From: an uncultured Deinococcales bacterium
Lineage (GTDB): Bacteria; Deinococcota; Deinococci; Deinococcales; JAAFIG01
NCBI GenBank assembly: GCA_964247135.1
Contig: CAXTTL010000089.1
Location: 1-17,615, forward strand
DNA: 17,615 nucleotides
Reading direction: 5' to 3'
Shown: positions 9,099 through 17,052 of the stretch, piece after piece
Layout of the letters: each line of letters starts with the position of its first letter
How positions within the stretch are numbered: the stretch's first letter is position 1
Position numbers and translations under genes: made by a program
The notes under the pieces: model-generated
The model's input: the letters and a program-made list of their open reading frames with translations, nothing else
Database searches by the model: none
What the model was told of the DNA's origin: nothing

Positions 9099-9290
9099 AC
9101 TCTTGACCATAATAAATAAATACGCACCTTCTTGAACCTAAGCCTGCACCGGGCAGGTTCGCTCACGGGCATGGTAGCTCATCTCCGACCCTTCCTACCC
9201 CTTACGGCAGCACTTCAAGACGCACCTTACGGGCGAAACCGCTTCAGGCTTTGGGCGCTTCTCCTGCCTGGCGGGCTACGGTTTGCACAC
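9099..9290 (-). other. Structured non-coding element (candidate ncRNA or MITE) with a mini-element-like 3' module and a nested insert
   Basis: Repeated GCCC-GNNA-GG(TGC) hairpins and stems AAACCG/CGGTTT and CAGGC/GCCTG. It ends in ACCATGCCCGTGAG[insert]GTGCG..TATGGTCAAGA. Confidence 0.5.
9128..9161 (-). mobile_element. 34-bp variant mini-element nested within a family member (copy C)
   Basis: C-GAACCT-GCCC-GGTGC-AGGCTT-AGGTTC-AAGAAG. Removing it restores GCCCGTGAGGTGC in the host copy. Confidence 0.6.
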
Positions 9291-9320
9291 AAATATTCAG
9301 TTGATTCCGATTCGTGCGAA

Positions 9321-9422
9321 AGGATGCAGCAAGCTTCTTGACCATAAAATGCACCTGGCGGGCATGGTCGCAGCATCCCCACAACCCTGTTTTTTGTCGT
9401 AGGGGCGCTGCTTGCTGCGCCT
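9321..9422. repeat. Inverted pair of GTAG/GTGG-type REP palindromes; one copy interrupted
   Basis: GTAGGGGCGCTGCTTGCTGCGCCT (+, 9399-9422) and GTGGGGATGCTGC|TTGCTGCATCCT (-, 9382-9321), the latter split by a 37-bp insert. Confidence 0.72.
9333..9369 (-). mobile_element. 37-bp hairpin mini-element inserted in a REP (copy B)
   Basis: GACCATGCCCGCCAGGTGCATTTTATGGTCAAGAAGC. Removing it restores a REP colinear with its neighbour. Confidence 0.7.
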
Positions 9423-9459
9423 TGCCTCTGCGCTTATTTGCCAGCCGCGTTGCTTTCCC

Positions 9460-9491
9460 TTGACGCTCCTCTGACAATTCCCGTGCATATT
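9460..9491 (+). promoter_or_regulatory. Pho-box-like repeat plus weak -10 upstream of the regulator operon
   Basis: TTGACGC-TCCT-CTGACAA-TT, then CATATT (9486-9491) 6 nt before ATG 9498; same geometry as the pstS site. Confidence 0.65.
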
Positions 9492-9497
9492 GACTTC

Positions 9498-10196
9498 ATG
9501 GTGAGTCATCACAGGTTAACTTTAATTTATGACGAACCCATTGTCCGTGAGGGTTTGCGCTCACATCTCGAGATGGGTGGTTTTGTCGTCAGGACTGAAG
9601 CTTCTGGGGTGCTCGAGCAATCTCGGGTCTCGAGTGATGTCACCGATTTGGTCGTGTTCCACTGGAAGCCCGAGTTGGCGTTCACGGACGCTGTCCATCA
9701 TGTGCCGATGCTGGCGATTCTCGATTCGAGCGCCACGATCAGCGATGCGCTCAGGGCTTGTGACGATTTTGTCTGTTATCCGTTCGACCCGCTTGAACTC
9801 AGCGTTCGGGCGAGGCGTTTGTGCGAGCAGCTCGAGCAGCCTGTGTTTTTGCCGAACGAGCATCAGGCGCAAATCAGTGTCGCGGATTTGCGGCTCGACA
9901 CGCATTTGGGTCGGGCTTGGAAGGATGAACTCGAGCTTCATTTGACGCGCCGTGAGTACGAGTTGCTGACGGTCTTGATGTTGAACGCTGGGCAAGTTTT
10001 AAGCAAACAAACGCTGTTGCGTTCGGCTTGGGGAACAGATTTTAGGGGCAAACCGCGCACGGTAGACCAGCACGTCTCGCAGCTTCGGGCGATTCTGGGC
10101 GACAACCGTGAGGACTCGAGGTACATTTCGACGGTGCATGGGCGGGGTTATGTTTTGAAGGTCAAATCTCAAGATCAATCCATGACGTTAAGCTGA
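9498..10196 (+). CDS. Atypical OmpR/PhoB-family regulator with a degenerate (pseudo-)receiver domain
   Basis: Intact winged helix (LTRREYELL...RTVDQHVSQLR...ISTVHGRGY). The receiver has DLVVFHWKP in place of the Asp-containing motif and YPF in place of KPF. Start assigned to ATG 9498. Confidence 0.85.
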   Translation: MVSHHRLTLIYDEPIVREGLRSHLEMGGFVVRTEASGVLEQSRVSSDVTDLVVFHWKPELAFTDAVHHVPMLAILDSSATISDALRACDDFVCYPFDPLELSVRARRLCEQLEQPVFLPNEHQAQISVADLRLDTHLGRAWKDELELHLTRREYELLTVLMLNAGQVLSKQTLLRSAWGTDFRGKPRTVDQHVSQLRAILGDNREDSRYISTVHGRGYVLKVKSQDQSMTLS

Positions 10197-10222
10197 CATC
10201 GGGCTTCGATAATTGCCTCATC

Positions 10223-10924
10223 ATGACGTTGACCGTTTTGGTAGTCGAAGACGAACTTGCGGTGCGTGAAGCCTTGCGCTTCCACCTCGAGCAGGCGGGT
10301 TATGCGGTGCGGGTGTGTGCCACGGCGCGTGAGGCTTGGGATCAACTGGCGAACGTCAGCGCGGTTGTTCTGGACTGGATGCTGCCCGACGAATCTGGGG
10401 TTCAATGGTTGTCGCGGCTTCGGGCGAACACGGCATTCGCAGCCCTGCCGGTTTTGATGCTGACGGCTCGGGCGGGCGAACGTGACCGCGTCGAGGGGCT
10501 TGACGCCGGCGCGGATGATTACCTGACCAAACCATTCAGCGCCGCAGAGTTGGCGGCTCGGGTGCGGGCGTTGCTGCGTCGTGTGGGCACGGACGGGCGC
10601 AAAAGTTTGGTGCGGCTCGGGGTGCTCGAGATTGACCAGGACGCCGGCGAGGCTCGGCTGGCTGGGCGGGTCTTAAATTTGACGCGCCGCGAGTTTGACC
10701 TGCTGGCGTTCATGGGCGCCCATGCGGGACGGGTCTACAGCCGTCAAGAATTGCTGGACCGGGTTTGGGGTTTGGAATTCGTGGGTGGCGAACGTACCGT
10801 CGATCAGCACATCACCCAACTGCGAGCCATCTTGGAGGAAAACCTGACCGCGCCAAAATTCCTTGAGACGGTACGCGGCAAGGGGTATCGTATGAGGGAA
10901 GTCAGCGACCTCAAACCAGTCTAA
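10223..10924 (+). CDS. phoB: Phosphate regulon response regulator (OmpR/PhoB family)
   Basis: Canonical VVEDE, VLDWMLP, LMLTAR and GADDYLTKPFS motifs plus winged helix; adjacent to phoU and pst. Confidence 0.88.
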   Translation: MTLTVLVVEDELAVREALRFHLEQAGYAVRVCATAREAWDQLANVSAVVLDWMLPDESGVQWLSRLRANTAFAALPVLMLTARAGERDRVEGLDAGADDYLTKPFSAAELAARVRALLRRVGTDGRKSLVRLGVLEIDQDAGEARLAGRVLNLTRREFDLLAFMGAHAGRVYSRQELLDRVWGLEFVGGERTVDQHITQLRAILEENLTAPKFLETVRGKGYRMREVSDLKPV

Positions 10925-10943
10925 GCTTACAAAAGGAGTTCCA

Positions 10944-11621
10944 ATGCGAGAAGCCCTAGAACGTGATTTGCGCGAACTGAGCGCCGAATTTGTCCGAATG
11001 TTGTCGCTCAACCTCGAGCAACTTTCCTTGGCGGGCAAAGTCTTGCTCGAGCGCGAAATTGACAAGATTGACCTGGTGCATGAGATTGAACGCCGTGTGG
11101 ACGAACTTGAATTAAAACTCGAGGCGGAATGCTTGAAAATCATTGCGCGGCATCAGCCGGTGGCGGGTGATTTGCGCCTGATTGCCGCGATTCTGAAATC
11201 GCTTTCTGACCTCGAGCGGGTCGGAGATTACGCGGTGCATGTTGCCGACGACGCACGATTGCTGGCAAGTGAGCCGCCCTTAAAGCGTTACATCAACCTG
11301 GCACAAATGATCACCAGACTCAAAAGCATGCTCGAGGTTGCCAGTCTGGCTTTTGTCCAACGTGACGCTTCCAGCGCCCATCAGGCGGCGCAGGTTGACC
11401 TCGAGATCGACGATTTGTACGAACAGATTCAGCGCGAACTGGTCACGTACATGATCGAAGACCCGCGCACGATCACCAAGGCGCTGGCACTGTTAAGGGT
11501 GGGGCGCAGCCTGCAACGCATTGGCGATCATGTCGAAAATGTTCTCGAGCGGGTGCAATATTGGGTTACGGGAGAGCGTGCCGCAAATGATCTTGGTACA
11601 GATGCCGCGATCAGCCAGTGA
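10944..11621 (+). CDS. phoU: Phosphate signalling complex protein PhoU
   Basis: IARHQPVAGDLR, DLERVGDYA and SLQRIGDHVENV motifs (two PhoU repeats); AGGAG SD. Confidence 0.96.
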   Translation: MREALERDLRELSAEFVRMLSLNLEQLSLAGKVLLEREIDKIDLVHEIERRVDELELKLEAECLKIIARHQPVAGDLRLIAAILKSLSDLERVGDYAVHVADDARLLASEPPLKRYINLAQMITRLKSMLEVASLAFVQRDASSAHQAAQVDLEIDDLYEQIQRELVTYMIEDPRTITKALALLRVGRSLQRIGDHVENVLERVQYWVTGERAANDLGTDAAISQ

Positions 11622-11785
11622 TCTGGTGCATTTCAACCTTGACATTTCTAAATCATGAATATCCGATAGAGCTGGTCTTTTGTTTTGCTTCTTTGTTTGA
11701 GCAAGACCACTGAGCGCAATATTCGTGTCAAAAAGACGTTTCAGACCTTGGTTTTGATCGCCACACAAGGTTAGACTGTGGGCGC

Positions 11786-12703
11786 ATGAATCAGGTCAAG
11801 GCTGTTCATCAAAACAAATTGGCTCGAGTTCGGGTTCCAGCCACGATGGCAAACCTCGGACCTGGTTTTGATTCGCTCGGGCTGGCGGTGTCACTCTGGC
11901 TCGAGGTGGACGCCGAACTTTTTGGCAAGGATGTTTTTGAATACTCGGGTCAAGGTCGTATTGCTGGAACCGATAATTTGATTCATCAAGGTTTCCGCGC
12001 CGCCTTTCATCATGCTGGTCTGCAAGCCCCCACCGTGCGCTTGAGTGCCCAAAACCCAATTCCACTGGCGAGGGGTTTAGGCTCGAGTTCGGCGGCATTG
12101 GTGGCGGGCGCGGCTTTGGGTGCGGCTTTCATTGGCGATCACTTTGGCAAAGATGCGGTTTTGCAAGTCTGTGCCAAACTCGAGGGACACCCCGACAACG
12201 TCGCACCGGCGGTGCTGGGTGGTTTTACGGCATCGGTCATGCGGGGCGACACTCCAATTTCGATTTCGATGGGTGTGCCAAAAGACTGGCGGGTCTTGGT
12301 GGCGGTACCGCAAAGCGAACTCAAAACCGAACACGCCAGGGCAGCCCTGCCCGTCAGCTACTCGAGGGCGGACATGGTTTTTAACCTCTCGAGGGCGGCA
12401 TTGTGGGTGGCTGGCGTGGCGACCGCCAACACCGACGTGCTGCGTGAAGCCTGCCGTGACGCCATGCACCAACCCTACCGAGCGGCGCTCGTGCCTGGAA
12501 TGCAAGCTGCCATCGAAGGGGCACTTGAGGCGGGCGCGGTCGCCGCGTTTTTGTCGGGCGCGGGTCCTAGCGTCAGCGCCATCGTCAACTCGAGCCAAAG
12601 CTTGGAAACCGTCAAAACCCAACTTGAGAAATTTAGCCCCGATATTTTGACATTGGAACCCGCAAGTGGTTTTGAGCTTTTAACGGTGGTTCATGGAAGG
12701 TAA
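11786..12703 (+). CDS. thrB: Homoserine kinase
   Basis: VPATMANLGPGFD, IPLARGLGSSSAA (GHMP motif), EGHPDNVAPA and LSGAGPS. Confidence 0.96.
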   Translation: MNQVKAVHQNKLARVRVPATMANLGPGFDSLGLAVSLWLEVDAELFGKDVFEYSGQGRIAGTDNLIHQGFRAAFHHAGLQAPTVRLSAQNPIPLARGLGSSSAALVAGAALGAAFIGDHFGKDAVLQVCAKLEGHPDNVAPAVLGGFTASVMRGDTPISISMGVPKDWRVLVAVPQSELKTEHARAALPVSYSRADMVFNLSRAALWVAGVATANTDVLREACRDAMHQPYRAALVPGMQAAIEGALEAGAVAAFLSGAGPSVSAIVNSSQSLETVKTQLEKFSPDILTLEPASGFELLTVVHGR

Positions 12704-13439
12704 TTTACAAGACACGCCACTTTCTAGTTTGCTCGAGTTGATTCATTTGACCAAGCAATCTGGGCGGGTGCAAATTACGGCAGATGTGCCACTTAATTTG
12801 TATGTTTCCAATGGCGAGGTGGTTTCGGGCGAGATTTTGGATTGGGAAGGTCTTGAAGCCGTTCAGAGTTTTTTGCTTCACCTTTCCAGCGGACAATTTC
12901 GGTTTTACCCCAATGCCACCGTGATTGTGTCGCCAAACGATTTCGCAATCCCATTTTCTTTGTTCATGACCGACTGGGCGCGTTTAAACGACGAATGGGC
13001 ACGGATTTTACCCTTCATTGGCAGCCCCTCACGCGTCATGGAACCCACCCAGGCTAGCGGTGCGGTCCCGCACCCATTCCAAGGCGGCAAGAGCATTCGT
13101 TCGCTCGCCAGGGCGCTCGGGGTCAGCAGTTTTGAGGTGGCGCAAAACACCCTGCCGTGGCTTCAACAGGGCGATGTGCGGCTGACAAGTCGTTTCGCTT
13201 GGCACAGTTTAAGAATTCAACATGCCAGTGCCCAAAGGCTTCCAAAATCCAGAACCTTAACGGATATCCCCGCCTGTCTTGACGGCTCGAGAAACATGGG
13301 CGAAGTCCTCGAATTGGGTTTTCAAGCGAACGATGTGCGTCAATACCTGATTCAGAGTTTGCAATCGGGTGAAATTCAAGTGCCTGGCAGCGGTTGGTTG
13401 TTGCGCGATTTGACTTGGGAACTCGAGTATCTCAAATAA
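12693..13439 (+). CDS. DUF4388 (PATAN-like) domain protein
   Basis: N-terminal MEGNLQDTPLSSLLELIHLTKQSGRV...G.F.F pattern typical of DUF4388; overlaps the thrB end by 11 nt. Confidence 0.75.
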   Translation: MEGNLQDTPLSSLLELIHLTKQSGRVQITADVPLNLYVSNGEVVSGEILDWEGLEAVQSFLLHLSSGQFRFYPNATVIVSPNDFAIPFSLFMTDWARLNDEWARILPFIGSPSRVMEPTQASGAVPHPFQGGKSIRSLARALGVSSFEVAQNTLPWLQQGDVRLTSRFAWHSLRIQHASAQRLPKSRTLTDIPACLDGSRNMGEVLELGFQANDVRQYLIQSLQSGEIQVPGSGWLLRDLTWELEYLK

Positions 13440-13441
13440 AA

Positions 13442-13590
13442 CTTGACGCGTTACAGCGGTTTTCATAGGAGTGAAAGCGCGGAGCGCGTCAACGGATATG
13501 AAAACCGCTGTCTGTTGCTACTCCCGCTGGTCGCCAACGTTCGACGCTTCGCGTCAAACATTGTGCAAGGCGCTGTAATAACGCGTCAAG
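13442..13590. repeat. Nested inverted-repeat element (MITE-like or bidirectional terminator) between convergent genes
   Basis: Outer IR CTTGACGCGTTA (13442-13453) / TAACGCGTCAAG (13579-13590), inner 15-bp IR ACAGCGGTTTTCATA (13453-13467) / TATGAAAACCGCTGT (13497-13511), and a GACGC-TTC-GCGTC hairpin. Confidence 0.6.
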
Positions 13591-13611
13591 ACTCGAGAAC
13601 GATTTTTGGTT

Positions 13612-14412
13612 TTAAGCCAAAGCCTGCTGCAAACCTGGCATTTGGCGTTGCACCAAGTAACGAACCGTACTTGGGATGTTCGCACCGCCAATAAACAGCA
13701 CCAAAGCGGTGGTGTCGTTGATGCGCTGCACAAAAACACTTTTGCCATTGAACTCCAGCGCCAAACCGTGCAACTCTGGAAACTCGAGGTTGCGTCCCAA
13801 CCCGCCACTGATCGAAATAAAGGTGCGAATGTAAACGGAAACCAATTCGCCGTTGCTGATTTCCTGCCCCGCCTGTGCCAACAATTGGGCTTCGGTGCTG
13901 GTGGTGACGATCAAAGCGGTTTCGATCTCGGCTTTCTCGAGAAGGGGCGTCAGATAGGTTTCAAAATGAATCTTGGGCGCTGGCATTCCAGGCTCGAGAG
14001 CGCTAGGTTCAATCACAATTGGCGTGCTGCTGGCGTTTAAGCTTGCGACTTTTGCCAGTGCCTTGTCAATCTGCGGAAACAAATCTTCCGGCGTGAACGG
14101 TTTTGAAACCACACTTTCCGCTCCAGAATCTTTGGCTTGGCTTTGCACGGCGCTGTCCACAATGCCCGAAATTAAAATCACCGGAATTTGCTTGTAACTG
14201 GGCATGGCTTTCAGGCGCTGACAAAGTTCAAAACCCGTCATGCCTGGCATGACCACATCGGCAATAATCAAATCAGGAACGGTGGTGGCAATCAATTCAA
14301 GCGCGTGCTCGGCACTCGAGGCGCTGGTGACATCAAAATCCCGTGGGGCAAGCAGGCGCTCGAGCGCTTTGCGCACACTGACAGAATCGTCTACGATTAA
14401 GACTTTACTCAA
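13612..14412 (-). CDS. Response regulator: receiver domain plus C-terminal roadblock/LC7 (MglB-like) domain
   Basis: TTG start at 14412 after GAGGAG; VLIVDDS, DLIIADVVMPG, ILISG and VSKPF motifs. The roadblock assignment of the C-terminus is by visual resemblance. Confidence 0.8.
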   Translation of the reverse strand: MSKVLIVDDSVSVRKALERLLAPRDFDVTSASSAEHALELIATTVPDLIIADVVMPGMTGFELCQRLKAMPSYKQIPVILISGIVDSAVQSQAKDSGAESVVSKPFTPEDLFPQIDKALAKVASLNASSTPIVIEPSALEPGMPAPKIHFETYLTPLLEKAEIETALIVTTSTEAQLLAQAGQEISNGELVSVYIRTFISISGGLGRNLEFPELHGLALEFNGKSVFVQRINDTTALVLFIGGANIPSTVRYLVQRQMPGLQQALA

Positions 14413-14548
14413 GTTCGTCTCCTCAAAAAAGGGTGAACGTTGCGCGTGAAGCGTCGCGTTTCGCCTGATGACATCTAGTTTAGGCGACAAATACGAATTC
14501 TGGTGTGGATTTTGCACCTCGAGCCTTAAAAATAATGCTCTGGCGGTC

Positions 14549-16279
14549 TTACTCAAACTGATCGAGTTTGACCCAGCCGTACCAGAGCGGTGCAATCGTA
14601 CCAACCAGGGTAAAGACCAGCAACAAGCCAAGCACCAACATTCCCTCGAGGTTGGCAAAATAACTTAAACCAGGATAAAGGCTGGGCTGGGTGACACTCA
14701 GGTATGCGGGTCGCGCCACAATAAGCACCAAAAACCCCGAGTAAAACAATGAAAGCACCATGTACAACAAACCGCCCGCACTGACCGCCACTTCCGCAGG
14801 GTTATCGGCTTTAAAACGCGGCAGGGCAGCGCCCACGCCCACGCCAAGCGCCGTGATCGCCAAAGCGCTCGAGATTGCCACCATCACACTCGAGAGTTGC
14901 AGCACGGCAGAAAGGTTTAAACTGCTGGCGCTAAAATAACCCAGCACCAACGCCAGCAGCAAAGTTGCCGGCAATGCGCCCCAGTATTTTGCCAGCACGA
15001 TGTTGCGGCTCGAGATTGGACCGGTGCGCAAAATCCAAAAGCCAGGACCTTCAAAACTGACGGTTGGGAATGCCATGCGAATGCCCACGCCCGAGATCAC
15101 AAAACCTTGAAACGCCAGGGTCATAAAACCAACTGCGTTTTTCATCAACTCGCCCTGAATTGGGAATGCACGAACACTGACCACGTACACGCCGCCGAGC
15201 GCCACCAGAATCAAGAGCTGCGACCATTGCGTGGCGTCCCTGAACAACAACCTTGCATCTTTGACGATCAAATGCCCACTGGCACCAAATGTTCCAAAGA
15301 AATTCTCGATGCCACTCGCTACCCTTGGGGTTGGGTCAAGCCGCACCCTGGAACTCTCGAGACCACGCACCCAACCCTCCTGATAGGCTTTGCTGGCAAG
15401 CCAACCTGCCACCAATAACAACAGAGCCGACAAGACCACCAGCGGGTAAATGCTGGTGGAAAACGAACCTCGAGCGCCATCCCAGATCACCCGAGACGCC
15501 CAGGAACTTGGCAGCAAGGGGTTGGACGGCGTGCCAAATTGCGTTAAAAACTGGGTGATGGCACTGTCGTTATCCAGATTCGCCAGGCGTTTGATCAGTT
15601 CTTCGGGTTTGGCGGCACGAATCAGGTACACCAAACTGGCGGACAGGATCACGCCCAAGCCAGTCGCCACCTCGCGCACACGACCGGCGGGGGCAAAACG
15701 CATCAGCAAAATGGCAATGCCCGCGCCCAAGCCCACGGGCAAGGCATACGCCAAAAGTGCCGAGAGCACCGCCAACGGATAAAACCAAAACGGCGCCTGA
15801 AAGAACACTCCGATTGCCAGCAACGGCGGTACAGTCAAGAGTGAAGGCACACCAGCCGCACTCAGGTACGTCTCGCCAAGCTTAAGCGCGAACACCCGAG
15901 CCGTCGGAATTGGTTGCGCCAACAAAAAATTCAGATCATCGCTCGAGTACAAGGTCGTGATTGCCGTGGTGATCGCCGAAAAGGTCACACCCGACGCCAG
16001 CACGATCAACCCCGTCTCGAGCGCCCGTTGCGCCACGCTGCGCCCGACCAAACTGCAAGACTCGGAAAAAATCTTGCCGAAGTTACAGAGGAACGTCATG
16101 GCTCGGTGCGTGCCCTCGAGTTCGGCGTACACGACCAGCATCACCACTGACAAAATGATGAAATACCCCAGTTTTGGACCCCGGCTAAGCGCATTGTAAA
16201 AAGCCCGAAATTTCAGGTTCAACAGCGAACTCGAGACGTTCGCATTGCCTGTCACATTCGCGGATTTCACCAGTGACAT
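14549..16279 (-). CDS. Putative ABC-2-type exporter permease (large multi-TM)
   Basis: 576-aa highly hydrophobic protein with DDLNFLLAQPI and FWILRTGPIS repeat motifs; TAATG-coupled to the ATPase gene. Confidence 0.85.
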   Translation of the reverse strand: MSLVKSANVTGNANVSSSLLNLKFRAFYNALSRGPKLGYFIILSVVMLVVYAELEGTHRAMTFLCNFGKIFSESCSLVGRSVAQRALETGLIVLASGVTFSAITTAITTLYSSDDLNFLLAQPIPTARVFALKLGETYLSAAGVPSLLTVPPLLAIGVFFQAPFWFYPLAVLSALLAYALPVGLGAGIAILLMRFAPAGRVREVATGLGVILSASLVYLIRAAKPEELIKRLANLDNDSAITQFLTQFGTPSNPLLPSSWASRVIWDGARGSFSTSIYPLVVLSALLLLVAGWLASKAYQEGWVRGLESSRVRLDPTPRVASGIENFFGTFGASGHLIVKDARLLFRDATQWSQLLILVALGGVYVVSVRAFPIQGELMKNAVGFMTLAFQGFVISGVGIRMAFPTVSFEGPGFWILRTGPISSRNIVLAKYWGALPATLLLALVLGYFSASSLNLSAVLQLSSVMVAISSALAITALGVGVGAALPRFKADNPAEVAVSAGGLLYMVLSLFYSGFLVLIVARPAYLSVTQPSLYPGLSYFANLEGMLVLGLLLVFTLVGTIAPLWYGWVKLDQFE

Positions 16280-17052
16280 TAAGCCGCCGCCTTCTCTCGA
16301 ACATTTTGCCGCTCGAGTTCTTCTTCCTCGACCAATTTAAAGAAAATCCGCTCGAGCGTGTTGCCCTCCACGCCGCCGCGTTCCGTGCCAGATTGATGTT
16401 GAAGTTCCTCGAGCGTGCCCTCCGCCAGAATATGCCCACGATCCAAGACCGCAATTCGGTGCGCCACCGCTTCCGCCACCGGCAAGGAATGCGTGGTCAA
16501 GAGCACGGTTTTCCCCTTCGCCGCATAACCCGCCAGCAATTCCCGCGCCTGTTTTGCCGCCCGAGGGTCAAGTCCAACCATCGGTTCGTCCACAATCAAC
16601 ACCGGCGGTTCGGGCAGCATGGCTGAAATAATGGTCAATTTCTGCTTCATACCGTGCGAGTAGGTTTCGATCAATTCATTGCCAAAATCTTCCAGGCTAA
16701 AAAACTCGAGCCAGCGTTCAATCTCCGAGTTTGGATTCTCGAGCTTGTGCAGCCCCGCAATAAACCGCAGCAACTCGCGCCCCGTCAACTTGGCGTACAA
16801 ATACGGACGGTCTGGAATGTAACCAAACGCCGCCTTGGCTTTGACCGGTTCGCGCCAGACATCAAAACCCCCAACCCGCACCGTACCCGTACTCGGGCGT
16901 GTCAAACCCACCATCGCGCGAATGGTCGTGGTTTTGCCCGCGCCGTTCGGTCCAAGAAGCCCAAAAACCTCGCCAGGAACGACTCTTAAATTCAGTTTGG
17001 AAACCGCCTCAACCCGACCATAGCGTTTCGAGAAACCCTCAATCTCAATCAT
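16279..17052 (-). CDS. ABC transporter ATP-binding protein
   Basis: GPNGAGKTT, YSHGMKQK signature, LIVDEPMVGLDP and TTH motifs. Confidence 0.95.
   Translation of the reverse strand: MIEIEGFSKRYGRVEAVSKLNLRVVPGEVFGLLGPNGAGKTTTIRAMVGLTRPSTGTVRVGGFDVWREPVKAKAAFGYIPDRPYLYAKLTGRELLRFIAGLHKLENPNSEIERWLEFFSLEDFGNELIETYSHGMKQKLTIISAMLPEPPVLIVDEPMVGLDPRAAKQARELLAGYAAKGKTVLLTTHSLPVAEAVAHRIAVLDRGHILAEGTLEELQHQSGTERGGVEGNTLERIFFKLVEEEELERQNVREKAAA

Noticed and set aside
9211-9245. Possible hammerhead ribozyme (stem followed by CGAAAC)
   Set aside because: There is no CTGANGA core upstream of the stem.
9099-9290. Group II intron, SRP or RNase P RNA
   Set aside because: The minus strand begins GTGTG, but there is no domain V, RT ORF, SRP GGAA/AGCAG motif or RNase P GAGGAAAGTCC consensus.
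9099-9422. CRISPR array
   Set aside because: The repeats are few, nested and irregularly spaced, and no cas genes are present.
8936-9512. Short ORFs in the pstS-regulator intergenic region
   Set aside because: They run through REPs and hairpins, with no convincing RBS and no recognisable protein features.
14413-14658. N-terminal extension of the receiver-roadblock ORF
   Set aside because: It overlaps the permease end; GAGGAG plus TTG at 14412 fits the receiver start.
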